From Bacteroidota bacterium (GTDB taxonomy: Bacteria > Bacteroidota > Bacteroidia > Bacteroidales > JACABE01), in the NCBI GenBank assembly GCA_013377005.1, contig JACABE010000002.1, positions 7,165-71,164 on the forward strand: DNA of 64,000 nt, in the 5' to 3' direction. Shown piece after piece: positions 10,248 to 20,861 of this stretch (its first letter is position 1; every line of letters starts with the position of its first letter). The position numbers and the translations under genes are program-made. Under the pieces are notes generated by a model, which saw only the letters and a list, made by a program, of their open reading frames with translations, was not told the DNA's origin and searched no databases.

Positions 10248-10919
10248 TTAAGCTTTAAAAAAAAGAAAAAATAAAGGAATTATATTAAAACCAACAACAA
10301 TCAATATTGAATAAAAAGTTGCAAATGTTTTTATAAATGGTGTATAAGTAGGGTGATTAATTCCCAATGATTGAAATGCCGACTGAAATGCATGATTCAG
10401 ATGAAACCCCAAAATAGTAATTAATACAATATATAAAATTGAATAGTTTGTATTAGAAAATAATGCTTGAGCAACCAAATAAAAATTTGGTTCTTCACCC
10501 CTTATTTTAAAAGTAGTTTCAACCCAACCCATTTTCATAAAATAAAAATTCATAAAATGGATAATAAAAAAGATAAAAACAACAGCACCTGTATAAATCA
10601 TATATTTAGAAAAAAACGAAGTGGTGCTTTTGTTGCCTGATTTATAAGCAACAGGTCTTGACATCCAATTTTTTACTTGTAAAACCACTCCTATTAAAAC
10701 ATGAATGATAATTCCTGCAAATAAGAAGATTTCAAAGAATTTAATTATATAGTTAGTTCCCATAAAATGAGCAGCAGCATTAAACCATTCACCTCCATCA
10801 TCTCTTAATAAACAAAGATTTATTGCAAGGTGAATTACTAAAAAACTCATCAAAAAAACACCTGCAAGAGCCATAATATATTTTTTTGATAGTGAAGAAT
10901 AATTTAAAATAGATTTCAT
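10248..10919 (-). CDS. sdhC: Succinate dehydrogenase cytochrome b subunit (b558 family, five TM helices)
   Basis: A hydrophobic protein of about 223 aa immediately upstream of sdhA, with several TM segments and conserved His residues (HLAINL, HVLIG, HFMNF, HLNHA). The ORF-track start at 10937 is a TTG; the ATG at 10917-10919 is preferred. Confidence 0.85.
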   Translation of the reverse strand: MKSILNYSSLSKKYIMALAGVFLMSFLVIHLAINLCLLRDDGGEWFNAAAHFMGTNYIIKFFEIFLFAGIIIHVLIGVVLQVKNWMSRPVAYKSGNKSTTSFFSKYMIYTGAVVFIFFIIHFMNFYFMKMGWVETTFKIRGEEPNFYLVAQALFSNTNYSILYIVLITILGFHLNHAFQSAFQSLGINHPTYTPFIKTFATFYSILIVVGFNIIPLFFLFFKA

Positions 10920-11102
10920 ACAATCACTTTTTTGCAAAATTGATAAAAATTAGAATTATTTATAAAATAATGTAAAGTACTTTACTTATTTTTATGTAAG
11001 TTTGTAATAGATAACAAAAGTAACAATTTTTTTAAGGAATTGTCTTATTAATTAGAAATTTAGAATAATTACAAATAACAAATTACTGTAAATAAAACAA
11101 AT

Positions 11103-12374
11103 ATGACTTTATTTGGCAAAAACAGAAGCAAACTTTTTAATAAATTACCAAATCAGTCATTGGTAATTATCAATTCAAATGATGAAATGCCTCGAAATGG
11201 AGATCAATTATATAAATTTAGACAAAATTCTGATTTATATTACTTATCTGGGATTAATCAGCCTAAAACTATTCTAACTTTGTGTCCAAATCATCCGAAT
11301 ATGAATTTTAGAGAAATTCTTTTTACCACTCAGCCTAATGATTTTTTTTCAACATGGTATGGTCATCAAGCTGAAAAAAATGAAATTACTTTAATTTCCG
11401 GAATAAAAAATATTATGTGGCTTGAGGATTTTGAGGTAGTATTAAAAGATTTGATGATTAATTCGACTAATATTTTTTTAAGTAGCAATGAATATATTAA
11501 ATTTATTCCTGATTTCCCAGATAGAAATCACAGATTTACATTAGAATTGAAAGAAAAATATCCTTTGCACTCGTATTTTCGTTTCTCCCCATTAATCAAC
11601 GATTTGAGGTTAATTAAAGAATCTGAAGAATTAAGTACTATTCAAAAAGCTTGTGATATAACGGCTAGTGCATTTAAACGAGTGTTGCAAAATGTAAAGC
11701 CTAATGTTTACGAATCTCATGTTGAGGCTGATATTAGTTATGAATTTATATTAAATGGAAGCGATGGACATGCTTATCCGCCAATAATTGCTTCAGGTTT
11801 AAATGCATGTACATTACATTATAACAAAAATAGAGATATTTGCAGGGATGGCGATTTGTTATTACTGGATTTTGGCTGTGAATATGAAAATTATGCTTCC
11901 GATTGCAGCAGAACTATCCCTGTAAACGGAAAATTTACTGAACATCAAAACTCTTATTATCAAGCAGTTCTGAATGTTTATAAAGAAATTGAAAAAAAAT
12001 ATATTATTGGAAATACCATTGATATCCTTAACAAAGAATGTGGTTTTCTTATTGAAAATGAATTAATTAAACTTGGCTTACTCACAAAAAAGGAAATTGA
12101 GAATCAAAATTCTGAAAATCCTTTATACAAAAAATATTTTATGCACGGAGTTTCACATTTTATTGGATTAGATGTTCATGATGTGGGTTCCAAGCAGCAA
12201 AAACTTGAAGAAGGAATGATATTAACTTGTGAACCTGGAATATATAATAAAGAAGCAGGAATCGGAATCCGTTTAGAAAATGATATTTTAATTACAAAAG
12301 ATGGGCCTGTAAATCTGATGAAAAATATTCCAATTGAGATAGAAGAAATTGAAAAAATAATGAATAAAAGATAA
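11103..12374 (+). CDS. Xaa-Pro aminopeptidase, M24B family
   Basis: 423 aa. Metal-ligand pattern DFGCEY..YASD, HGVSHFIGLDVHD, CEPGIY, IRLENDI. Confidence 0.88.
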   Translation: MTLFGKNRSKLFNKLPNQSLVIINSNDEMPRNGDQLYKFRQNSDLYYLSGINQPKTILTLCPNHPNMNFREILFTTQPNDFFSTWYGHQAEKNEITLISGIKNIMWLEDFEVVLKDLMINSTNIFLSSNEYIKFIPDFPDRNHRFTLELKEKYPLHSYFRFSPLINDLRLIKESEELSTIQKACDITASAFKRVLQNVKPNVYESHVEADISYEFILNGSDGHAYPPIIASGLNACTLHYNKNRDICRDGDLLLLDFGCEYENYASDCSRTIPVNGKFTEHQNSYYQAVLNVYKEIEKKYIIGNTIDILNKECGFLIENELIKLGLLTKKEIENQNSENPLYKKYFMHGVSHFIGLDVHDVGSKQQKLEEGMILTCEPGIYNKEAGIGIRLENDILITKDGPVNLMKNIPIEIEEIEKIMNKR

Positions 12375-12424
12375 AAATTCTATTAATTTTGAAAATTAAA
12401 AAATAATCACCTAATAATAAAAAT

Positions 12425-13810
12425 ATGTTTGCAAAAAGAAATTATATAGACAGAAGAAATCAATTAAAAAAAGATGTAAAATCGGGCTTAATTTTGATTT
12501 TGGGAAATAAGGATGTAGCTTTCAATTATCCTGCCAATACATTTACTTTCAGACAAGACAGTAATTTCCTTTATTTTTTTGGTTTAAATCACGCAGATTT
12601 GGCTGGTGTAATTGACATTGACAATAATAAGGACTATATCTTTGGAAATGATGTTGATATGGACGATATTATATGGATGGGAAATCAACCAACTATAAAA
12701 GAACAAGCTGCTGAAGTAGGTGTTGAACATACCTCTCCCTTATTATCAATGTTTGAATTAATTACTGATACTATTAAAGCTGGAAGAAAAATTCATTTCA
12801 CATCGCCTTACCGTGGTGAAAATCAAATGCAACTAGCGGATTTACTTGGAATAAAATACACTAACGTTAAAAACTATATTTCAATTGAATTAACAAAGGC
12901 TATTATCAAACAACGTTCAATAAAATCATTAGAAGAAGTTGCGGAAATTGAAAAAGCCATTGCCACTGCTTATGAAATGCATACTACTGCAATGAAAATG
13001 GCGAAACCTGGAATCTATGAACGTGAAATCGCCGGTAAAATGGAAGGAATTGCACTATCTGCCGGAGGCCCTGTTTCATTCCCTGTTATTTTAAGTATTA
13101 ACGGACAAACACTTCATAATCACTATCATGGAAATAAATTAGCAGAAGGAAGAATGATGGTTGCCGATGCTGGTTGCGAAACTGAAATGAATTATTGTAG
13201 TGACATCACACGTACGGTACCTGTGGGGGGAAAATTCAATCAACGTCAGAAAGAAGTGTATGAAATCGTATTAAAAGCTAATATGCAAGCTATTGATGCA
13301 ATTAAACCAGGAATACCTTATAGAGAAATTCACTTATTGAGTGCCAAAGTTATTGCTGAAGGCTTAAAAGAAATTGGTTTAATGAAAGGCAATATAGATG
13401 AAGCAGTTAGTAAAGGTGCTCATGCTATGTTTTATCCTCATGGTTTGGGACATATGCTTGGTCTTGATGTTCACGATATGGAAGGAATGGGCGAAAATTA
13501 TGTTGGTTATGATGATGAAATTAAACGAAGTTCAATATTTGGAACTGCTTTCCTCCGCATGGGGAAACGCCTGCAACAGGGTCATGTACTTACAGTTGAA
13601 CCAGGCATTTACTTTATTCCTGCCTTGATTGACCAATGGAAAGCTGAAAGTAAATTTACTGAATATATAAATTATGATAAAGTAGACGCATACAAAGATT
13701 TTGGTGGTATTCGTATTGAAGATGATGTATTAATAAGCAATGATGGTCATCGAGTTTTAGGTAAAGCTATTCCTAAAACGGTAACAGAAATTGAAACTAT
13801 TATGAATTAG
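12425..13810 (+). CDS. Second M24B aminopeptidase P / prolidase-like protein
   Basis: 461 aa. DAGCE..YCSD, HGLGHMLGLDVHD, VEPGIY, IRIEDDV. A divergent paralog of the preceding gene. Confidence 0.88.
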   Translation: MFAKRNYIDRRNQLKKDVKSGLILILGNKDVAFNYPANTFTFRQDSNFLYFFGLNHADLAGVIDIDNNKDYIFGNDVDMDDIIWMGNQPTIKEQAAEVGVEHTSPLLSMFELITDTIKAGRKIHFTSPYRGENQMQLADLLGIKYTNVKNYISIELTKAIIKQRSIKSLEEVAEIEKAIATAYEMHTTAMKMAKPGIYEREIAGKMEGIALSAGGPVSFPVILSINGQTLHNHYHGNKLAEGRMMVADAGCETEMNYCSDITRTVPVGGKFNQRQKEVYEIVLKANMQAIDAIKPGIPYREIHLLSAKVIAEGLKEIGLMKGNIDEAVSKGAHAMFYPHGLGHMLGLDVHDMEGMGENYVGYDDEIKRSSIFGTAFLRMGKRLQQGHVLTVEPGIYFIPALIDQWKAESKFTEYINYDKVDAYKDFGGIRIEDDVLISNDGHRVLGKAIPKTVTEIETIMN

Positions 13811-13818
13811 TATTGAAT

Positions 13819-13848
13819 AAAAAAGACGCTTTTAGGCGTCTTTTTTTA
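13819..13848 (+). terminator. Rho-independent terminator
   Basis: aaaaagacgc-ttttag-gcgtcttttttt directly after the stop at 13810. Confidence 0.75.
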
Positions 13849-13933
13849 TTACTTATTTTTATTTAGACACTCAAATTAAAATCAATTTATAATTTTTTAA
13901 AGGTTTATTATCTAATAATCAGAAAAATTTATG

Positions 13934-13941
13934 TAATTTTG
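13934..13941 (+). promoter_or_regulatory. Candidate -7 box TAATTTTG upstream of tig
   Basis: TAnnTTTG match 57 nt upstream of the ATG at 13998. Motif only. Confidence 0.3.
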
Positions 13942-13997
13942 CAGACTTATTTTACATCTGTAATTTACTTAATTATCAATATATTAATATTTTTTCA

Positions 13998-15350
13998 ATG
14001 AATATTACACAGGAAAATACCGGCAATTTAACAGCAACCATCAAAATTGAACTTAATCAAAGTGATTATCAGGATAAAGTTACAAAACAATTAAAAGAAT
14101 TTCAACAAAAAGCTAATGTTCCGGGATTCCGTCCTGGTAAAGTACCATTCGGAATGGTTCAGAAAATGTATGGAAAAGGCGTTAGAGCAGATGAAATAAA
14201 TAAAGTTCTGTCAGAAACATTAGAAAAATATATATCTGAAAATAAGATTGATGCATTAGGAAGCCCTTTAATGAACGAAGAAAAAAATTCAAATATTGAT
14301 TGGGAAAACCAAAACGATTTTGAATTTTTTTTCGATATAGCCATGCAACCTGAAATTAAGATTAATCTAGAAACTATAAAAGTTGATAAATTTAACATCA
14401 AAGCAGACGAAAAGTTGATTGATCAATTTGTTCTTGATATCCAAAAACGTCATGGTCATGCTCATTCTCACGATGAAGCTCAGGAAAATGATATAATTCA
14501 TGCTGATGCAGAAGAACTAGATGAAAACATGAATGTAAAAGAAAACGGTATCAATACCAAAGCTTCTTTTGCAGTAGAAAAAATTGTTGACAAAGATATT
14601 AAAGCAACTATAATCGGACTGAAAAAAGATGACATCATTGATATTGATATGCTTAAAGCTTTTGGTTCTGAAGAAGAAGTTGGACGTATTATGAATATTA
14701 AAAATGATTCAGAAGCAATAAAATCAACATACAGATTAAAAGCATTAGAAATCAGCCATCTTCATGAAGCAGAACTCAATGAAGAGTTGTTTTTAAAAGT
14801 TTACCCTCAAAACGAAATCAAAACGATTGAAGAATTTCGTAACCGAATTGCAGAAGAAGCTGAAGCTTATTATGTAAAAGAAAGCGACCAAAAATTATTA
14901 GGTGATGTTATCGGCAAACTTATTGAAGAAACTTCTGTAGAATTACCTGCAGAATTCTTGAAAAGATGGTTATTAGAAAGTAATCGCAATAAAATTACCA
15001 TTGAACAACTCGAAGCTGATTTTGGTGCTTATGAGCGTTCATTGAAATGGCAACTAATTGAAAATAAATTAATAACAGAAAATAATATAAATGTAAGTGA
15101 TGAAGAGGTAAAATCTTACATCAAAGAATTTATTTTAGGTCAATATTTTCCAAAATCTGAAGACAAAGAACAAGATAAACGTTTAGACAGCATTGTTGAT
15201 ACTATCATGAAAAACGAAAAAGAAGTAAAAAGAATTTATGATGAAATGTACGACAAAAAGATGATTGAATTGTTTAAAGGCAAGGTAAATGCAAATGCTA
15301 AAAATATTACATTTGAAGAATTTGTAAAGTTGGTAGAACATAAACATTAA
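13998..15350 (+). CDS. tig: Trigger factor
   Basis: 450 aa. N-terminal ribosome-binding signature GFRPGKVP. Sits in the classic tig-clpP-clpX gene order. Confidence 0.92.
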   Translation: MNITQENTGNLTATIKIELNQSDYQDKVTKQLKEFQQKANVPGFRPGKVPFGMVQKMYGKGVRADEINKVLSETLEKYISENKIDALGSPLMNEEKNSNIDWENQNDFEFFFDIAMQPEIKINLETIKVDKFNIKADEKLIDQFVLDIQKRHGHAHSHDEAQENDIIHADAEELDENMNVKENGINTKASFAVEKIVDKDIKATIIGLKKDDIIDIDMLKAFGSEEEVGRIMNIKNDSEAIKSTYRLKALEISHLHEAELNEELFLKVYPQNEIKTIEEFRNRIAEEAEAYYVKESDQKLLGDVIGKLIEETSVELPAEFLKRWLLESNRNKITIEQLEADFGAYERSLKWQLIENKLITENNINVSDEEVKSYIKEFILGQYFPKSEDKEQDKRLDSIVDTIMKNEKEVKRIYDEMYDKKMIELFKGKVNANAKNITFEEFVKLVEHKH

Positions 15351-15360
15351 TCTAAAAATT

Positions 15361-16035
15361 ATGCAAAACGAATTTAGAAAATACGCTACAAAACACAGAG
15401 GAATCAACAGTCTTGCCTTTGATAAGTACCATTCGATTTTAAACAATGGCTATATATCTCCAACTATCATCGAAGAACGCCAGTTGAATGTAGCTTCAAT
15501 GGATGTGTTTTCGAGGTTAATGATGGACAGAATCATTTTCTTAGGCGTAGCTATTGATGATACCGTAGCCAATATTATTCAAGCACAACTTCTTTTTTTA
15601 GAATCTGTTGACTCATCAAAAGACATTCAGATTTATTTGAATACACCGGGTGGATCTGTATATGCCGGTTTAGGAATATATGACACCATGCAATACATTG
15701 CTCCTGAAGTTGCAACAATCTGTACAGGAATGGCAGCTTCTATGGGTGCAGTTTTGTTATGTGCCGGAGCAGATGGAAAAAGAACTGCTTTGAAACATTC
15801 TCGTATTTTGATTCATCAACCCATGGGAGGTGCTGAAGGTCAAGCTTCTGATATTGAAATTACTGCAAGAGAAATTCAAAAATTAAAGAAAGAATTATAC
15901 GAAATCATTGCTCATCATTCAAAACAAACTTACGATAAAATATGGCAAGATGCTGATCGCGATTACTGGATGACCGCTGAAGAAGCTAAAAGTTATGGTA
16001 TGATTGACGAAATTTTGATTCGTAATAAAAAGTAA
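15361..16035 (+). CDS. clpP: ATP-dependent Clp protease proteolytic subunit
   Basis: 224 aa. GMAASMGA (catalytic Ser region), IHQP (His), and LNTPGGSV. Confidence 0.95.
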   Translation: MQNEFRKYATKHRGINSLAFDKYHSILNNGYISPTIIEERQLNVASMDVFSRLMMDRIIFLGVAIDDTVANIIQAQLLFLESVDSSKDIQIYLNTPGGSVYAGLGIYDTMQYIAPEVATICTGMAASMGAVLLCAGADGKRTALKHSRILIHQPMGGAEGQASDIEITAREIQKLKKELYEIIAHHSKQTYDKIWQDADRDYWMTAEEAKSYGMIDEILIRNKK

Positions 16036-16074
16036 AAAAATACATTTATTTGTAAATCTATGATTACAAGTTTA

Positions 16075-16109
16075 AAAACCTAACAGATTTTTATATACTG
16101 TTAGGTTTT
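16075..16109 (+). terminator. Hairpin between clpP and clpX (attenuator or partial terminator)
   Basis: aaaacctaacag / ctgttaggtttt 12-bp stem followed by gtttt. Confidence 0.5.
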
Positions 16110-16127
16110 GTTTTAAAATAAAAGAAA

Positions 16128-17363
16128 ATGGTTAAAGAAAAAGAAAAATGTTCGTTTTGTGGTAGAAATAAAGCAGATACTAATATTCTGATAGCAGGAT
16201 TAGATGCTAAAATTTGTGATTATTGCGTAATACAAGCTAAAACAATTATAGATGAAGAGATACCTAAGAAAAAAAATCAAACATTTTCTAAAGCAAAAAT
16301 TCTTAAACCTTACGAAATAAAAAAACACCTTGACGAATATGTTATTGGGCAGGATGAAGCCAAAAAATACTTATCCGTAGCCGTTTATAATCATTATAAA
16401 CGTATCACTCAAATTTTAGGCAAAGAACAGGATGATGTTGAAATTGAAAAATCCAATATTATTATTGTTGGCGAAACAGGAACGGGAAAAACGCTATTAG
16501 CTCGCACCATTGCAAAAATGCTGGATGTACCGTTCTGTATTGCTGATGCCACAGTATTAACTGAAGCAGGTTATGTGGGTGAAGATGTAGAAAGTATTTT
16601 ATCTCGCTTATTACAAGCAGCAGATTTTAATGTAGAAGCAGCTGAACGAGGCATAATATTTATTGATGAAATTGATAAAATCGCCCGCAAAAGTGATAAT
16701 CCATCTATTACTCGCGACGTTTCGGGTGAAGGTGTGCAACAAGCTTTATTAAAACTGCTAGAAGGTGCAGTTGTGAGTGTCCCACCTCAAGGCGGACGTA
16801 AACACCCTGAACAAAAAATGATTCAAGTAAATACTCAAAATATTCTTTTTATTGCCGGTGGTGCTTTTGATGGAATTGAAAGAAAAATTGGCTCACGCAT
16901 GAAAGCCAATATGATTGGTTATGCAGCAGCAAAAGAAACTGATACAATTGACAAGAAAAATTTGTTACAATATATTGCTCCACAGGATATCAGAAGTTAT
17001 GGAATGATACCAGAAATAGTCGGTCGGTTTCCAGTGCTTACCAACCTCGATCCATTAGATAAAAAAACTTTAAGACGCATACTTACCGAACCTAAAAATG
17101 CACTTGTAAAACAATACATTAAACTTTTCAAAATAGACCACATTGACTTAAGCTTTGATGATAATGTTCTTGATTATATTGTAGAAAAAGCTCTAGAATA
17201 TAAAATTGGCGCACGTGGCTTGCGTTCTATTCTTGAAAATATTATGACTGATGCTATGTTTGATATGCCTTCGCAAAAAGACTTAAAGCATCTACAAATT
17301 ACGTTGGAATATGCTACTGAAAAAATGGAGAAAACCAATATTGCAAAATTAAAAGTGGCATAA
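16128..17363 (+). CDS. clpX: ATP-dependent Clp protease ATP-binding subunit ClpX
   Basis: 411 aa. N-terminal zinc-binding C4 motif CSFCGR...CDYC, Walker A GETGTGKT, Walker [10 protein letters not shown]. Confidence 0.95.
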   Translation: MVKEKEKCSFCGRNKADTNILIAGLDAKICDYCVIQAKTIIDEEIPKKKNQTFSKAKILKPYEIKKHLDEYVIGQDEAKKYLSVAVYNHYKRITQILGKEQDDVEIEKSNIIIVGETGTGKTLLARTIAKMLDVPFCIADATVLTEAGYVGEDVESILSRLLQAADFNVEAAERGIIFIDEIDKIARKSDNPSITRDVSGEGVQQALLKLLEGAVVSVPPQGGRKHPEQKMIQVNTQNILFIAGGAFDGIERKIGSRMKANMIGYAAAKETDTIDKKNLLQYIAPQDIRSYGMIPEIVGRFPVLTNLDPLDKKTLRRILTEPKNALVKQYIKLFKIDHIDLSFDDNVLDYIVEKALEYKIGARGLRSILENIMTDAMFDMPSQKDLKHLQITLEYATEKMEKTNIAKLKVA

Positions 17364-17412
17364 ATTAACTATTAACCTAATGGTTATTAACTTATGTTTT
17401 GATTGATTTATT

Positions 17413-20400
17413 TCACTTTCTAATTCCAATAAACATACTTTCAGATACTTTTTTCTCAATTAATTTCTGCATTATATTATTAACTTCTGTTTTATCAGGA
17501 GAACACCCTACTTGAACCTTATAAAGAGCATTATTCTCTTCTATTCCTATAAAAACGTCAGTTTTTCCCTTAATCTTTTTTGCTAACAGTATGGCTGAGT
17601 TTTTATTTTTGAAAACACCACACTGAACATAATAATTTCCAATTTGTGTACATTTATTCCCTATTGATAAATCCTCATTACCCTTATTTTTCTCAATAAT
17701 TTTAGAAGTATCAGTTTCTTTTGAAGAAGCTGAACTTTTTGTATTATCATTGTTTTTAATCGGTTTAACAATTTTAATCTTTTTATTAATTTTAAACTCC
17801 ACTCTACGATTAAATGATTTCTCAATTGAGTTTGCATTCGTATTTAACGGTCTCAATGAACCTAATCCAACTACCTCAATCCTCTTTCCATCGACACCCA
17901 TTTTTATTAACTCATTGCGTACAGAAGTTGCTCGTTTTACTGAAAGTTTCTGGTTATATTCAACAGATCCATCTATATCGCATAAACCTTCAAGTAGTAT
18001 TCCAATATCAGGACTCTTTTTCAGCATCTTTGCAACCTGTTTAAGATAATGTTTATATATAGCATTAATGATCGCTTGCCCCACATCAAAGTGGATTTTT
18101 TGTGAAACTTGCTCCAATAAAATACTTGCATTTTCTTCTTTATTGTCAAATATAAGTTTTCGTTGCAACGCCAAAGAATCCAATCTTAATAATGTATTAG
18201 TTGTATCGGGGTTCAACATACCCAATGTTGCAGACTTCTTACTTCTCAATACAAAATCAAGACCAGTGAATACATCCCCTTCCACCATTGCTTTAATTTT
18301 GAAATCTATCTGAGAAGGACTAGCTTTCATATCCAATCGGTTTAACTGTACCGAATCAATTTTGGCATAATATTCTCCTGGCAGTAAGCCAAGATAACTC
18401 ACATAACCATCTGATTCTGTAATAATTTTTGTAGCTTTACTCCCATCTTTATTAAATATATTTACAATTACTCTACCTAACCCCTCCTCTGTAGAGTCAG
18501 TTTTATAGAAAACGTTGCCGCTAATTTCGGCAACAGGAGAAATTGGTACTTCAATGGTTTTAAACTGATTAGGATCTACCAAAACGCTAAGATTTTTCTT
18601 ATCAATACGCCAGGTAATAAATTCAAAATCTTTATCATTCAATTCAACATTGTAATAAATAAAAGGTTCCAATCCCATAATTCGGACAATAGAATCTTTT
18701 TCACAATAAAATGAACGCCCACCGCTAACCTTTACCGAAATATTTTCCGCTTTTCGTTCATTCGAATCAAATTTATTATTATGATTTACATCTATAAAAG
18801 CAATAATTGCTATACCTCCGCGTGCAACCATCCCTTGCGGGCTTGGAAAAACTTTTATGTTTTTATCATCCATCGCTATACCACCTCTGGCACTTTCCAG
18901 TAACGAAATTTCATTATCCATTGCACGAACAGAAATATTGGTTTGAGAAAATGAAAGATCATATTTAAAAGAAAAATTTAAACTATTAAAATTTGAAACT
19001 ATATTTTTTTCGAAAGAGAGAGAACAAAACCCTGCTTCAGATACTTTTTTTTCCAACTCAACCTTATAAGATAATAACTCCTTCTTACTTATATCAAATT
19101 GTGCAGAAGGTCGGAATAAAAAGCCTTTTGGAAGTCTGGTAGAAACGGCAGCAGTTGCGTTCATGTAAACAGGTTTATCGCTAATCCAGTTTGCATTGTT
19201 AGAAACATTTACAGTAAATTGACGATAAAAAGCAGATAACATCAACTCAACCATATTGTAATTAAAAGATTTGAACACATTTTGTTTGTAATTAACACGT
19301 GCGCTTCCTGTTATTGTTTTCAATCGCATAGGTATTGAAAGCCCAATTTTCCTTTCTTCCAAATAATTAAAAAGGATGGCTTTTTGCCCTTCATAATATT
19401 TGGAATAATCTATTTCAAGCATTGTATTCGATAAAATATAATAATTCAACAAAGCTTTATATCGAACCTTATCAGCATATTCTCCAGTTAGTATTAGCTT
19501 GGGTATGGGAAGCATTGAAAAACTAACAAACGGAATATAGGTCAAATTATTAATAGATGATAAATATTCAGCTCCACCTCCTATTGTAAAACCACGTGTT
19601 ACACCATAATTTCCTTCCCCCCTTAGAAATAAAGAGTTTTTTCCATCCTGAAGTTGCCCGGCACTTAGTTTATATTCAAAAACTCCTGACGGCATAAAAT
19701 TTGAAGGAATATTCATTACTTTTTCTTCTAACCTTTCTTCGCCCATCGGACCGAAAAATTTCAGTTTCAAAACAGTAAGTCCATATACGACAGGGACTTT
19801 AAAGGTAAACTGACCTGCTGCATCTGCCTTTGTATAAGCTATCAGTACATTGTTTATATAAAGTTCAACAACCCAGTCTGGTTGAGTAACATCACTGATA
19901 ATATATTCCCCCTTTGCTTTTCTAATAGTAGTAGGTGTATTGGTAATAGAAATACCATGTACAGGAGCATTAACCGAAGAAATTGTTTTATTAGATATAT
20001 TTCCTGCTTGTATTTGGCGAATAAGAGTTTTATCGTTATCCACCCATCTCCAATAAAATTGTTGTTGTTTAGAGTCTGGTTTAGTTTTAGCTGAAAAATT
20101 CAAAAAAGCATCCGCTTCCCCAAATAATAATTCTGCACCCAAATTGAGTCCAAATCTGGAATCAGTAGCTGTATTTGGTGCTTGAGAAGACATGATAGAC
20201 CAATCTATATTACCATAACGAAATAAATGATAATTTCGTTTGAGTATCAAATCAGGCACAACTTCCTCATTTTGACCTTGAATAGAATTCCTAGATTTCT
20301 CTATGCGTTGCTTTTTTAATATTGGTAATTCAAAATCTGAAGTTACTTTTATAGCAAGACCTCTAAAATTAAAAGCTAAATGTAAGCCAAATGCTTTTTC

Positions 20401-20817
20401 GAATGAATTTGCTTCCAAATAAATCATTCCCATATTTTTTATCATTTCATTCTCTAAAGTACTTACCTTAGTTTCAAACTTTATCTGCTTAGTAAGATAA
20501 TTAATTTCGTATTCCCGCTTCTCATTTTCAATAAAACCATTCAATAAATCGCCATTATTATTAACAATACAAGGAATAATTAAAACCTGAAAAAGTTCTT
20601 CCACTGCAATATAAAGCTTTCCTTCAGGTGAATATAAGGCTGCAATATTATAAGTACTACTTACACCATCAATTTGAACAATGATAGAAATTTCATCCAA
20701 ATCAGGTTTTTCCTGTGCATTAACATTAATTATAAAAGAATAAAATAGTACTGGAAAAATAAATAAAAATAATCTTTTCTTCCTCGATAAAAAAAAGACT
20801 CTTTTAAATAAATTCAT
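17413..20817 (-). CDS. Large outer-membrane protein: usher-like core, CarboxypepD_reg-like Ig domain, OmpA-like domain and SPOR domain
   Basis: Signal peptide MNLFKRVFFLSRKKRLFLFIFPVLFYSFIINVNAQ from the ATG at 20817; the ORF-track start at 20856 is a GTG. Segment VELYINNVLIAYTKADAAGQFTFKVPVVYGLTVLKLKFFGPMGEE...GVFEYKLSAG resembles the conserved fimbrial-usher plug/barrel motif. OmpA_C pattern: DGSVEYNQKLSVKRATSVRNEL...NRRVEF. SPOR pattern: YYVQCGVFKNKNSA...LYKVQVG. Confidence 0.8.
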   Translation of the reverse strand: MNLFKRVFFLSRKKRLFLFIFPVLFYSFIINVNAQEKPDLDEISIIVQIDGVSSTYNIAALYSPEGKLYIAVEELFQVLIIPCIVNNNGDLLNGFIENEKREYEINYLTKQIKFETKVSTLENEMIKNMGMIYLEANSFEKAFGLHLAFNFRGLAIKVTSDFELPILKKQRIEKSRNSIQGQNEEVVPDLILKRNYHLFRYGNIDWSIMSSQAPNTATDSRFGLNLGAELLFGEADAFLNFSAKTKPDSKQQQFYWRWVDNDKTLIRQIQAGNISNKTISSVNAPVHGISITNTPTTIRKAKGEYIISDVTQPDWVVELYINNVLIAYTKADAAGQFTFKVPVVYGLTVLKLKFFGPMGEERLEEKVMNIPSNFMPSGVFEYKLSAGQLQDGKNSLFLRGEGNYGVTRGFTIGGGAEYLSSINNLTYIPFVSFSMLPIPKLILTGEYADKVRYKALLNYYILSNTMLEIDYSKYYEGQKAILFNYLEERKIGLSIPMRLKTITGSARVNYKQNVFKSFNYNMVELMLSAFYRQFTVNVSNNANWISDKPVYMNATAAVSTRLPKGFLFRPSAQFDISKKELLSYKVELEKKVSEAGFCSLSFEKNIVSNFNSLNFSFKYDLSFSQTNISVRAMDNEISLLESARGGIAMDDKNIKVFPSPQGMVARGGIAIIAFIDVNHNNKFDSNERKAENISVKVSGGRSFYCEKDSIVRIMGLEPFIYYNVELNDKDFEFITWRIDKKNLSVLVDPNQFKTIEVPISPVAEISGNVFYKTDSTEEGLGRVIVNIFNKDGSKATKIITESDGYVSYLGLLPGEYYAKIDSVQLNRLDMKASPSQIDFKIKAMVEGDVFTGLDFVLRSKKSATLGMLNPDTTNTLLRLDSLALQRKLIFDNKEENASILLEQVSQKIHFDVGQAIINAIYKHYLKQVAKMLKKSPDIGILLEGLCDIDGSVEYNQKLSVKRATSVRNELIKMGVDGKRIEVVGLGSLRPLNTNANSIEKSFNRRVEFKINKKIKIVKPIKNNDNTKSSASSKETDTSKIIEKNKGNEDLSIGNKCTQIGNYYVQCGVFKNKNSAILLAKKIKGKTDVFIGIEENNALYKVQVGCSPDKTEVNNIMQKLIEKKVSESMFIGIRK

Positions 20818-20861
20818 AAAACTTGAAATTGTAGTGCTGAAATGAGTTTTATTCACACTAT

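Noticed and set aside
13398-15446. Overlapping small ORFs at 13398-13628 (+), 14159-14401 (-) and 15183-15446 (-)
   Set aside because: They are alternative-frame or antisense ORFs inside the aminopeptidase, tig and clpP genes, with no independent support.
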